The notes under the pieces are model-generated. The model saw only the letters and a list, made by a program, of their open reading frames with translations, did no database searches and was not told the DNA's origin. A stretch of 63,852 nt of DNA, taken from the NCBI GenBank assembly GCA_963723365.1, contig CAVRRG010000055.1, positions 1 to 63,852 on the forward strand, read 5' to 3'. The number at the start of each line of letters is the position of its first letter. Within the stretch, counting starts at the first letter, position 1. The stretch comes from Calditrichota bacterium (GTDB lineage Bacteria; Calditrichota; Calditrichia; Calditrichales; J004). Both the position numbers and the translations under genes were made by a program. This document shows, one piece after another, positions 9,793-17,602 of this stretch.

Positions 9793-9817
9793 GACGAAGG
9801 TTTATTGAAAAAGTTAG
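9793..9817 (-). promoter_or_regulatory. Putative ECF sigma promoter for the DUF5916 gene
   Basis: Minus strand CTAAC-N16-CGTC, about 50 nt upstream of ATG 9745. Confidence 0.4.
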
Positions 9818-9840
9818 CCCTTATTTGGAAAAAGTTTGAA

Positions 9841-9917
9841 ACAGCACGCAGTGTTTGATGGCGCAGGACGGGATCACCTAGCAGCAACCAGTTGATTTGC
9901 TTTGTATATTTTTCCAT
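9841..9917 (-). pseudogene. 5' stub no. 1 of the 6060-7004 gene
   Basis: Translates MEKYTKQINWLLLGDPVLRHQTLRA versus MQKYTKQIAWLLQGDPAIRYHTLRD in the intact gene. The upstream leader and REP array are also duplicated. Confidence 0.85.
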
Positions 9918-9951
9918 TCAATCAATTCTCCCTATTTCGGATGCCTGATAT

Positions 9952-10165
9952 CGTCATCCTGAGCTCGTCTCAGGATCTCTTGCCTTTTTATTAGGATGCT
10001 GAAATAAATTCAGCATGACGTTGGGATTGGTGCTCGTGACGATGGGCCTGGTTCACCATCCTGAGCTTTATATAGCTGTTGTGCATATGTAATATTAAGG
10101 GGATGTTGAAACAAGTTCAACATGACGGAAAGGAAATACGCCATCCTGAGCTTGTCTCAGGATCT
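9952..10165. repeat. REP-like palindrome unit, second locus
   Basis: Near-identical to 7031-7232, including the preceding GGATGCCTGATATCG. Confidence 0.85.
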
Positions 10166-10176
10166 AGCGGCTAATT

Positions 10177-10265
10177 CCTTGCAGTATCCTGTCTTTTTCT
10201 GTTTATATTTTTTTAAAAGGTGCTTGCAGCACATCCCGCAGTGCTTGCTGGCGAAGGACAGGATA
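10177..10265 (-). pseudogene. 5' stub no. 2 of the 6060-7004 gene
   Basis: Translates YPVLRQQALRDVLQAPFKKI*TEKDRILQG versus DPAIRYHTLRDLVKAPGKDIEKEKQKILKE. Confidence 0.7.
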
Positions 10266-10335
10266 TTACAAAACAAAGTGAAAACTAATAACTTCAAAAA
10301 ATTTTATATTTGGTTTTGAGATTATACTTTGTACC

Positions 10336-10364
10336 TTGACAACATAATTATAGGTATCTAGTTT
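10336..10364 (+). promoter_or_regulatory. Putative sigma70 promoter of the cold-shock gene
   Basis: TTGACA-N17-TAGTTT, which would give a long (~135 nt) 5' UTR typical of csp genes. Confidence 0.45.
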
Positions 10365-10505
10365 TTTGCTTTATTGTTTCAGTTGTTATTCAATCGAAAA
10401 TAAAATATATCGCGGAGAATAGTGCACATTATTCATCGCGATTTTTTTTTGTTAAAAGCTTAAAAATTAAGTACCCAATATTCAATTTTTTTAAGGATTA
10501 AGATT

Positions 10506-10706
10506 ATGGAAAAAGGAACAGTTAAATGGTTCAATAGCACAAAAGGCTTTGGATTTATATCAAGAGAAGAAGGTGATGATGTTTTTGTGCACTTCAACGA
10601 AATTCAGGGAGAAGGCTATAAGGCATTGGATGAAGGGGATCAAGTTGAATTTGAACTTGGAGAAGGCCCCAAAGGACCTATGGCAACAAAGGTCACTAAG
10701 GTATAA
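10506..10706 (+). CDS. csp: Cold-shock protein (CspA family)
   Basis: GTVKWFN.TKGFGFI (RNP1) and DVFVHF (RNP2), AAGGA RBS. Confidence 0.97.
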   Translation: MEKGTVKWFNSTKGFGFISREEGDDVFVHFNEIQGEGYKALDEGDQVEFELGEGPKGPMATKVTKV

Positions 10707-10729
10707 TTCTTATACATTCGCGCTAAATC

Positions 10730-10757
10730 CCCGGTTGATTTCAACCGGGAACTTTTT
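10730..10757 (+). terminator. Intrinsic terminator after csp
   Basis: CCCGGTTGA-TT-TCAACCGGG stem followed by a T-rich tract. Confidence 0.75.
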
Positions 10758-10832
10758 ATTTCTTTGAATTTGGATTTGAAGAAAAAGAAATATCTTAATT
10801 TAAATGGAATAGGTCAAATAGTACTTATATAT

Positions 10833-11417
10833 CTATTTCCTCTTTTGGATACTTTCAACAATTTCCTTTGCTGTAAGTTGAATATTGGCAAAAGAATCTA
10901 CATAGGGGCGTGCTCTGGAGATGGCAACATTTAAGATAACCCTGCTGCTTTGTGTATCAATCATCCTGATGGAAAAAGAAACTGTTGAACCAAATCCGGC
11001 AACACCATCCCAAATTAAATAATCAGTAAGTTCACCAATAATCACTGCATCAGCGCCTGTTATTTTGCCAATTTCTGCTGCGTTTTTGGAATCAATTATT
11101 CCTGATTGCTGTAAAACCTGTTCATCTAAAAGTTTAGCAATTTGACCTCTCTCAATTAATTTCAAATTTTTTATTGTAGCCAATTCGTTTGCTAAAAGAT
11201 TGGCAACTACCCGGCCGCCGTCTTCTCCGGCGCTTTTATAGTTAGTCAGGCTGGCCTGCCCCTCATCTTCAAAAACATAATTCAGATCCATAACGGCTAT
11301 ATTCCAGTCTTTTGAAAAAAGGAGTTCCTTTTCCATAGAAATGGTTGGAGCAACCTGAACAGGGACGCAGTTTAAAAGAAAGGTTGACATTAAAACAGTA
11401 AGCAGGATGATCTTCAT
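10833..11417 (-). CDS. CsgG/HfaB-family lipoprotein
   Basis: GAGGAG RBS, lipoprotein-like LLNC, LIERGQIAKLLDEQ...AAEIGKITGADAVIIG motif. Confidence 0.8.
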   Translation of the reverse strand: MKIILLTVLMSTFLLNCVPVQVAPTISMEKELLFSKDWNIAVMDLNYVFEDEGQASLTNYKSAGEDGGRVVANLLANELATIKNLKLIERGQIAKLLDEQVLQQSGIIDSKNAAEIGKITGADAVIIGELTDYLIWDGVAGFGSTVSFSIRMIDTQSSRVILNVAISRARPYVDSFANIQLTAKEIVESIQKRK

Positions 11418-11516
11418 AATTCTCCTCAAATAAATATTAAGCATTTCAATCTTTACTGCAACGTTTGGGGGTACTTCTTTAGTCCCAACAGTGAATATAA
11501 AATTTCTTATTAAACA

Positions 11517-11675
11517 CTAGCCATTACTATCAGTAGTCGTATCTTTATTATCAGCTAATGGGGTTTGCCCCTCTTCAACATTCTTATTGATTTTATTTAA
11601 TCGCTTTTGTTCTTTTTTCTTCTTTTTTTCAATTTCTTTCTGCCTTTTTTCGTACGAATATTTATTTTTTACCAT
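11517..11675 (-). CDS. Small lysine-rich protein (52 aa), not in ORF track
   Basis: MVKNKYSYEKRQKEIEKKKKKEQKRLNK..., resembling small basic proteins of the Y.YEKRQKE..KKKKKE.K type. Confidence 0.6.
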   Translation of the reverse strand: MVKNKYSYEKRQKEIEKKKKKEQKRLNKINKNVEEGQTPLADNKDTTTDSNG

Positions 11676-11790
11676 TGGTTTCTCTCATGTTAGATTGGGG
11701 TTAAATGATGTTTTAAATATATACAACGTCTGCTGCTTTTTTGCCTGGGTCAATTTAAAGTGAGAGGTTGCAAAGCACAAGGAATTAAGT

Positions 11791-11831
11791 AACCAAATCC
11801 CGCAGTGTTTGGTAGCGGATGGCCGGATCAC
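11791..11831 (-). pseudogene. 5' stub no. 3 of the 6060-7004 gene (41 nt)
   Basis: 34/41 nt identical to 6915-6955, encodes DPAIRYQTLRDLV versus DPAIRYHTLRDLV. Confidence 0.85.
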
Positions 11832-11923
11832 GAATCTGATAGGTTAGCTCTCAAACTGAAAACCAAATCCTAAAAACTCAGATTTTCGCAACCAATAACG
11901 GGCAGAAAATCCCACCTGTAAAA

Positions 11924-13039
11924 TTATTTAAGAAGAAACATCTTGCGGGATTGAGTAAATGTTTCTGAATGGGAAGTAACGAGTATCCTATAAAGATAAA
12001 CACCGCTGGCAACCGTCTTTCTCATGGAATCCTTACCATTCCATGTCACTTTATACCTGCCAACTGGTTTGTAATCACGCACAAGCGTATTTAGCTTACG
12101 TCCCCCAATATCAAAAATTTCCAGGGTCACATTAGCAGCTCTGGACAATTGATATTCAATTGTTGTTTGCGGGTTAAATGGATTTGGATAATTCCGTCCG
12201 AGAGCAAACTCAGGGTTCAAACGAACACTTCCTTGACCAACACTGGTAGTTAAGGGAGTAGCATCCGGCCATTCCAATTCATTAAAAAAAGCAGTCGCCT
12301 CACCGTCATCCTGCAAATAAACGCCTGCCTTCCAATAACTTGGAAAGGTCCAATAAGAAACATCAACATTAACTTTCTCAACGCCGTCAATGCTGATTAT
12401 CATATTACCATTGGTAATTGATACATCACAATTAAAATAATCTGTTGGGTCAGGTCCAAGATCAACATGCTGTGTTGCCGAACCACCAGCGTCTGTTTTG
12501 TAAGCGGCCCAGAGGTGATTAACAGGGGATTTGGCTTTGTGTTTATAAATTCGCAATAAAGGTTTGTTCGGCCCACCTGCAGCGCCATCATCGTGAATTT
12601 GTATAAGGGTCACTTGATCGCAGCTTTGAGAAACAATTTTCAAGTTTGCATGAGCTGTCCTGTTAGCGTTGTTTACATTCCAATTTGCTAAGAATCTTAG
12701 TTCAGTCCTTTTTGATGCACCACTTTGAGTGAATGCTATCTTATTAGTATCTGCTACATAAAACCAGTTAGATTGATAGCCGGCTACTAGTTGGGCTTGA
12801 GTTGCGGCAGTCGAACTCGTCGGAGCTTGCAGTTTACACTGAGCAAGTGCTGCTTGAAATTTAGGGATATCATATGGAGCAGCATAAATCGAAGTATCAA
12901 TATTCAGTGTAATTGCAGAAGCATTTGTTATTGCTGAATTAAATTCAGAATCTGAATTGACAACTTGTGCCTGCAAAATACCAGATAAGAGTATTAGCGT
13001 TATCACAAATATTGATTGCTTGTATCTTTTAATCTTCAT
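11924..13039 (-). CDS. Polysaccharide lyase family 7 (alginate lyase-like) with C-terminal FlgD-Ig/T9SS-type sorting domain
   Basis: PL7 motifs RTELR, QIH and YWKAGVYLQ, signal peptide, C-terminal NYPNPFNPQTTIEY. Confidence 0.85.
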   Translation of the reverse strand: MKIKRYKQSIFVITLILLSGILQAQVVNSDSEFNSAITNASAITLNIDTSIYAAPYDIPKFQAALAQCKLQAPTSSTAATQAQLVAGYQSNWFYVADTNKIAFTQSGASKRTELRFLANWNVNNANRTAHANLKIVSQSCDQVTLIQIHDDGAAGGPNKPLLRIYKHKAKSPVNHLWAAYKTDAGGSATQHVDLGPDPTDYFNCDVSITNGNMIISIDGVEKVNVDVSYWTFPSYWKAGVYLQDDGEATAFFNELEWPDATPLTTSVGQGSVRLNPEFALGRNYPNPFNPQTTIEYQLSRAANVTLEIFDIGGRKLNTLVRDYKPVGRYKVTWNGKDSMRKTVASGVYLYRILVTSHSETFTQSRKMFLLK

Positions 13040-13129
13040 TGCTTTCTCTAATTGAAAAACATTAAATGGAAATTTACAAACGGAATGGACTTTGGCGCAA
13101 TGCCTCGGCAATTTATTTATTATCATTGC

Positions 13130-13432
13130 TTAACTAGCATGTATGTTGTTTACTTTTTCTTGCATCGTTTGCCCTTTGTCCGTCCGTGTTCTCAATGTAA
13201 TAGATATATGAATGCGCACAACATTCAGCGTATGCACCTGTTCATGGCAGCGCTTGAAGGCCCTAAAAACATCATCCCATTCGCCTTCCACATTGGTTCC
13301 ATTAACATGAAGATGATGAGCGAGTCCGGTTTTTTTGAAAACACGCTCGCAAACAACAACGTACTTTGTTAGGGAGACGCCAACCCCAAAGGGCACCAGG
13401 CAAATGTTAAGCGGTGCGAACAATGTTTTCAA
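13130..13432 (-). pseudogene. MTH1187/YkoF thiamine-binding family protein lacking its normal N-terminus
   Basis: CLVPFGVGVSLTKYV...HVNGTNVEGEWDDVF...HEQVH...RTDKGQTMQEKV. The first residues are unrelated and overlap the upstream stop codon. Confidence 0.7.
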
Positions 13433-13811
13433 TCAATAAAAATATTAACTTTATAATTTTTTCCGTCGTCTTCCGCATCGATATTAACGAGCTCCCCTTC
13501 TGTACCCTCTTCTATCAATTTTAATATTTGATCCATATTAATTTGTTTTCCGTCAACTTTCAACTTAGCCTTGGGTATAAGATTTAGACCTACCTCAGCT
13601 AATGCAATTGGAATATTAACATTTGCTTTTACTTTGTCTTCTTCTGTCACTCGCACGCGAAGGAATTTTTTACTATTCGGTTTTTTTATTCTTGTGACGT
13701 TATTTCAAATGATTCACCCGGATTTGCTTTTTCCAATAATTGTTCAGCTTCCTCAACTGTAATTTTTCCGTCTTTAACCATTTCTAGGATTATTCTTTTT
13801 TCTTCACTCAT
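13429..13811 (-). pseudogene. SHOCT-like/YvlB-type partner of DUF2089, frameshifted near 13695
   Basis: AAGGAG RBS, MSEEKRIILEMVKDGKITVEEAEQLLE... stops early. A shifted frame continues KKFLRVRVTEEDKVKANVNIPIAL...VNIFID*. Total 383 nt, one short of in-frame. Confidence 0.8.
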
Positions 13812-13873
13812 TATTATACTCCTTATATAGTTTTACTTTTAGTGTTGGCAACAACAAGTCATCTTTTGAGATA

Positions 13874-14236
13874 TCATTCACTTTCTCCTAAACTTTTTAT
13901 TGCTTCCTTTACATCAATCTCGCCATCAGAAAGGGCATTGAGAATTTTTAAGCGATCCTCAGAATCACTATTTTTTGTCTTATAACCAAGAGTTTTTATG
14001 ATATTTCTAAGACGATTTTTTACGGTAGGGTATGATACTCCCAGATCTTTTTCCATGAGTTTGATATTCCCCTCATTTTTAAGAAAAACTTCAATAAAAT
14101 AAAGGTCTTCTGGTTTAAACATGTGGAAACGATTAACCCTGAAATTACTTTTTATCAATGTTTTACATCCCTGACACTGCACTTCTTTAATTAAAAAATC
14201 TCCACCACAATAGGGACAATTGGTTAATTCATTCAT
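13874..14236 (-). CDS. DUF2089 domain protein (Zn ribbon + HTH + SHOCT-like tail)
   Basis: CPYCGG...CQGC, FIEVFLKNEGNIKLMEKDLGVSYPTVKNRL, ILNALSDGEIDVKEAI. Confidence 0.9.
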   Translation of the reverse strand: MNELTNCPYCGGDFLIKEVQCQGCKTLIKSNFRVNRFHMFKPEDLYFIEVFLKNEGNIKLMEKDLGVSYPTVKNRLRNIIKTLGYKTKNSDSEDRLKILNALSDGEIDVKEAIKSLGESE

Positions 14237-14263
14237 TTTTACCTTTCTGTTATTTTTTTAACA

Positions 14264-14336
14264 AATATATTAACTATATAATACTAAAGTCAACTAAAAA
14301 GTTAATTATATTAATATAATAATTAATTATATTAAC
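14264..14336 (-). promoter_or_regulatory. Putative promoter with AT-rich palindromic operator for the DUF2089 operon
   Basis: Minus-strand TTGACT at 14293-14288 and an adjacent palindrome AATTATATTAATATAAT(A)ATT. AT-richness lowers significance. Confidence 0.3.
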
Positions 14337-14562
14337 AATTCTCAAATTAAATTCAAAAGATCAGATTTTTAAGATGATAAAGATTTACTGACAGATGAAA
14401 ACAGAATTGAAAGAGTGTAATTAAATCGAGTATCGATCTAAAAGACAAACCCCCTTCCGATAAATCAGGACTCAAACAGTTTTCTTTTTTAACGTTCGTT
14501 CCTTTTATTTCTGCTCAGCTGTTTTTAAAAGGCCAATAGTGAGAAGTAGATCAAACCAAATT

Positions 14563-14667
14563 TCATCGAAGATAAAACCTGAATTTTTTGAAGCTTTTAG
14601 CAATATGTTTTGAAAGGGAGAGGCTCACCCCGATGTGCAGCAGGCTGATATTTGCGATAACTTTCAT
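14563..14667 (-). pseudogene. 5' stub of MTH1187-family gene
   Basis: GGAGG RBS, then MKVIANISLLHIGVSLSLSKHIA, which aligns with NICLVPFGVGVSLTKYV of the 13130-13432 copy. Confidence 0.7.
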
Positions 14668-14688
14668 ACGGTTTTCCTCCCCGGCAGG

Positions 14689-14882
14689 TGTACAACTTCA
14701 CAATAATGGTAACAGTTTATAAGAGATCCTTCACTCCGTTCAGGATGACATCCCGAATGATTGTCATTCTGAGTGAAGCACAGCGTAACGAAGAATCTAA
14801 TAGAATGTTTTAATAGAAAAAAGGATGCTAATGATAGAAAATTGTCACAGGTAATTTGTTACCGAAATAGTGAAGAATTACA
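14689..14882. mobile_element. MITE copy B
   Basis: TIRs TGTACAACTTCACAATAATGGTAACA / TGTTACCGAAATAGTGAAGAATTACA, perfect 4-bp flanking duplication CAGG, internal REP-like doublet. Confidence 0.75.
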
Positions 14883-14918
14883 CAGGGCAGCTAACATTGA
14901 AATTGGTTTTTCTGGAAA

Positions 14919-16007
14919 CTATCTTTTATTTTTACTGTTCATTACGGATTTAATTAGTTTTCCAAAAGCTTTGTCTTTCTTTCTCTTTTCGTAATAAGAC
15001 ATCTCGTTAAATGCTGATTCTTTTTTCATTTTTATATAATTTTTAAATCGTTGTGCATCCAATTCACCTTTTTCTATAGCTGTTATTACGGCACAACCTT
15101 TTTCGTTATTATGCGAACAGTCAGCAAATTTACATTGCCTGAGCAGCTCAACAATATCAGAAAATGTTTCATCAAGCCCTTTATCAACAGACATATTGCC
15201 GAGTTCTCTCATTCCGGGCGTATCTATAAGCAAAGCTCCGCTTTCTAATTGCACCAGTTCCCGGCTGCTAGTAGTATGCCTCCCTCTACTGTCACTCTCT
15301 CTAACGGGTTGTGTTTCAAATTGCTCAGCGCCTAATATACTGTTCAAAAGGGTTGTTTTTCCGACTCCGGATGAACCAAGCAGACAATATGTTTGGCCGG
15401 GCAATAACAAGTTTTTAATCGTCTCAATATTTTCCCCGCTCAAATTACTAAAGGCCAGGATATTTGATTGATGTGCAATTTTTAAGATATCCTGTTTTAT
15501 TTCCTGCACCTTGTCTTGTGAGATAAGATCGCATTTGCTTAGTAATATTACAGGAGAAATTTTGCTTTCGTTTACCATTACCAGGTAACGTTCTAATCTT
15601 CTAAGATTTAGATTGGAATCTACGGATTGCATAATAAAGGCAACGTCTATATTTGCGGCAATTAGCTGAAAGTCAACGAGCTTCCCGGCTGTTTTTCTTT
15701 TTAACAACGTTTTCCTAGGGACTACCCCGTGGATTATTGCAAGAGAATCATCATCGAAAAAATCAGCATATACCCAGTCCCCGGTTGTTGGAAGATCTAA
15801 TGAAGAATTTGTTGTGTAGGATAAACTCCCAAGCAGCTCAGCAAACACTTCCCCTGCACCTTTTGTAACAATATAACTACCTTTGTGCACTGAAATAACA
15901 CGGGCAAGTTCATGATTTATTTTTTTATCAACATCTATTTGGCTGCGAACCCAGTCGTTGTAGCCAAGGCTTTGCAACTTATCCATATTATTTCTATACT
16001 CCAACAT
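14919..16007 (-). CDS. rsgA: Ribosome small subunit-dependent GTPase A
   Basis: Circularly permuted GTPase (SKCDL, GSSGVGKTT, GRHTT, DTPG) and C-terminal CKFADCSHNNEKGC zinc site. Confidence 0.93.
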   Translation of the reverse strand: MLEYRNNMDKLQSLGYNDWVRSQIDVDKKINHELARVISVHKGSYIVTKGAGEVFAELLGSLSYTTNSSLDLPTTGDWVYADFFDDDSLAIIHGVVPRKTLLKRKTAGKLVDFQLIAANIDVAFIMQSVDSNLNLRRLERYLVMVNESKISPVILLSKCDLISQDKVQEIKQDILKIAHQSNILAFSNLSGENIETIKNLLLPGQTYCLLGSSGVGKTTLLNSILGAEQFETQPVRESDSRGRHTTSSRELVQLESGALLIDTPGMRELGNMSVDKGLDETFSDIVELLRQCKFADCSHNNEKGCAVITAIEKGELDAQRFKNYIKMKKESAFNEMSYYEKRKKDKAFGKLIKSVMNSKNKR

Positions 16008-16166
16008 GTGTCATTATCTTATAAATATACCCAACTATACCAGGCCTGACAAACGGCAATTTTTTTAGTTTGCTCTGTGTATGTATCTTTGTAAGCAGAT
16101 TAGACGCTGTTTATTTGGTAAAAAGGGATGTGGTTTATTCCGTAGGCAGTATTTGTTTAGGTTTGC

Positions 16167-17078
16167 TTAATATGACTCACTAAAATGCCTGTTCGGTTTG
16201 AGATGTAATTTTTTATTTTTATAATCGAATATTAAATTGAACCTTCTCAGAGATCCAATCCCAAGGATGGCATCTGCCTTATCTTGTTTTGAACGAACCC
16301 TGGCATCAGCAAAAGAAGCCTTTACATTGCTCAAAATATAGGGCCCAAGAATCAGGCTGTTTATTGTGCCCGTTTTTCCATAAATGTCTCCACTAAGCCC
16401 CCTGCCAATATGCACCTTTATCGTTTCGTCCGGAAGGTTAAATTTCATAGCGGGTTTCTCTAATAAAAGAATAGCATCGCCAGCGGCATAATCGATATAC
16501 ATGGATAGAGCAATTGGCGCTTCGTCGCTGATAACAATAGATGCATCCAGCCAGGGAATGTTATTGTTTTTGAAATACAATGGAATTGTTGCCCAGCTGC
16601 TGTCCGGATTGCTTTGAAGCGAGTCATGCAGGGTGATTGTGTTGTTATCATAATCAAACTCGGTTGCGTAATGGCCAAAGATCGAATAGCCTAATATGCC
16701 ATTTGAAGGAAAACCTTTATAAGTATCGCCCTGGAGCATAATAAGCTTCTGCCCGGTCATCTTTATCCCGGCAAGGAAAAAGTCCATTGAATCAGCCATT
16801 AAAGCTTTTGAAGCCTCAGCACTTCCTGCCCCGCCAATCCTGATTTCAAAAGCAGTTGATAAATCAAGCGAATCTTTATAATCCGGATTGTAAATCATAA
16901 GCCCGTCAAAAGCAAAGCCGCTATCAATCAAAATATCCGGGATTTCAATATTGCCAATCTTTACCGTTACATGTGTTTTATTGCCTATTTCATTTAAAGG
17001 AATGCGAATCTTATTTGATTCAGGTTTGCAAGAGGTGCTAAAGAGGAGTAACGCATAGATAAAAATAGTATGTTTCAT
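16167..17078 (-). CDS. Retropepsin-like aspartyl protease lipoprotein (two lobes)
   Basis: Lipobox-like STSC, ILIDSG...NGILG in lobe 1 and MYIDYAA...DAILG in lobe 2. Confidence 0.7.
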   Translation of the reverse strand: MKHTIFIYALLLFSTSCKPESNKIRIPLNEIGNKTHVTVKIGNIEIPDILIDSGFAFDGLMIYNPDYKDSLDLSTAFEIRIGGAGSAEASKALMADSMDFFLAGIKMTGQKLIMLQGDTYKGFPSNGILGYSIFGHYATEFDYDNNTITLHDSLQSNPDSSWATIPLYFKNNNIPWLDASIVISDEAPIALSMYIDYAAGDAILLLEKPAMKFNLPDETIKVHIGRGLSGDIYGKTGTINSLILGPYILSNVKASFADARVRSKQDKADAILGIGSLRRFNLIFDYKNKKLHLKPNRHFSESY

Positions 17079-17110
17079 TTTAATCCCAAGTAATATTTTA
17101 ACAGAAGCCC

Positions 17111-17133
17111 GCACGACATGAGTGTCGTATTAC
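17111..17133. repeat. REP palindrome (GTAR-type)
   Basis: Reverse complement GTAATACGACACTCATGTCGTGC, related to the 23167-23190 unit. Confidence 0.6.
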
Positions 17134-17259
17134 GCGCTTTGTTGGCTGCAACCAATTATTGGTAGGTAGAGTTTGTCTTTCTTACAATAGCATTATCTTT
17201 GTGTTTGGCAGGCATTTGTTAGCGCTGCTATTTCGCCTGTTCAAAGAGAATTCTTAGGG

Positions 17260-17373
17260 CTACGGGGTTTTCTTTTGTTGCTTTTGCTGCTGCTTTTTTG
17301 ACTTTTGGTCTTGTTTGTTTTTCTTCTGTTTGTTACTCTTGTTCTTATCTTTTTTTCCGCCCTTGTCTCCCAT
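17260..17373 (-). CDS. Small Lys/Gln-rich protein (37 aa), not in ORF track
   Basis: AAAGGA RBS, MGDKGGKKDKNKSNKQKKNKQDQKSKKQQQKQQKKTP*. Confidence 0.65.
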   Translation of the reverse strand: MGDKGGKKDKNKSNKQKKNKQDQKSKKQQQKQQKKTP

Positions 17374-17467
17374 TATATGCATCCTTTCATTTTATTAATC
17401 ATCAAGTTTGTAAATTTTGTTTTCAATATAACCAACAAAGTTTGGCATGCCAAACCGAATCTTTTGC

Positions 17468-17517
17468 TGTAACACAAGATTTATCTTGTGAACCAGCCAA
17501 CATGAATATCGCCTTAC
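17468..17517. repeat. REP doublet (GTAACACAAGATTTATCTTGTG plus degenerate partner)
   Basis: 27 nt identical to 23078-23104. Confidence 0.7.
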
Positions 17518-17602
17518 AATCCAGGCGGTCACTCACCAGGCAACACCCGACAAGTGACCTGTTATCAATACGCCTGGCAATTGTTTCTTAATGCTTTACC
17601 TA

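Noticed and set aside
4358..14882. Composite transposon bounded by the two MITE copies
   Set aside because: Each copy has its own different 4-bp duplication and the outer flanks (CTTG, CAGG) do not match, indicating independent insertions.
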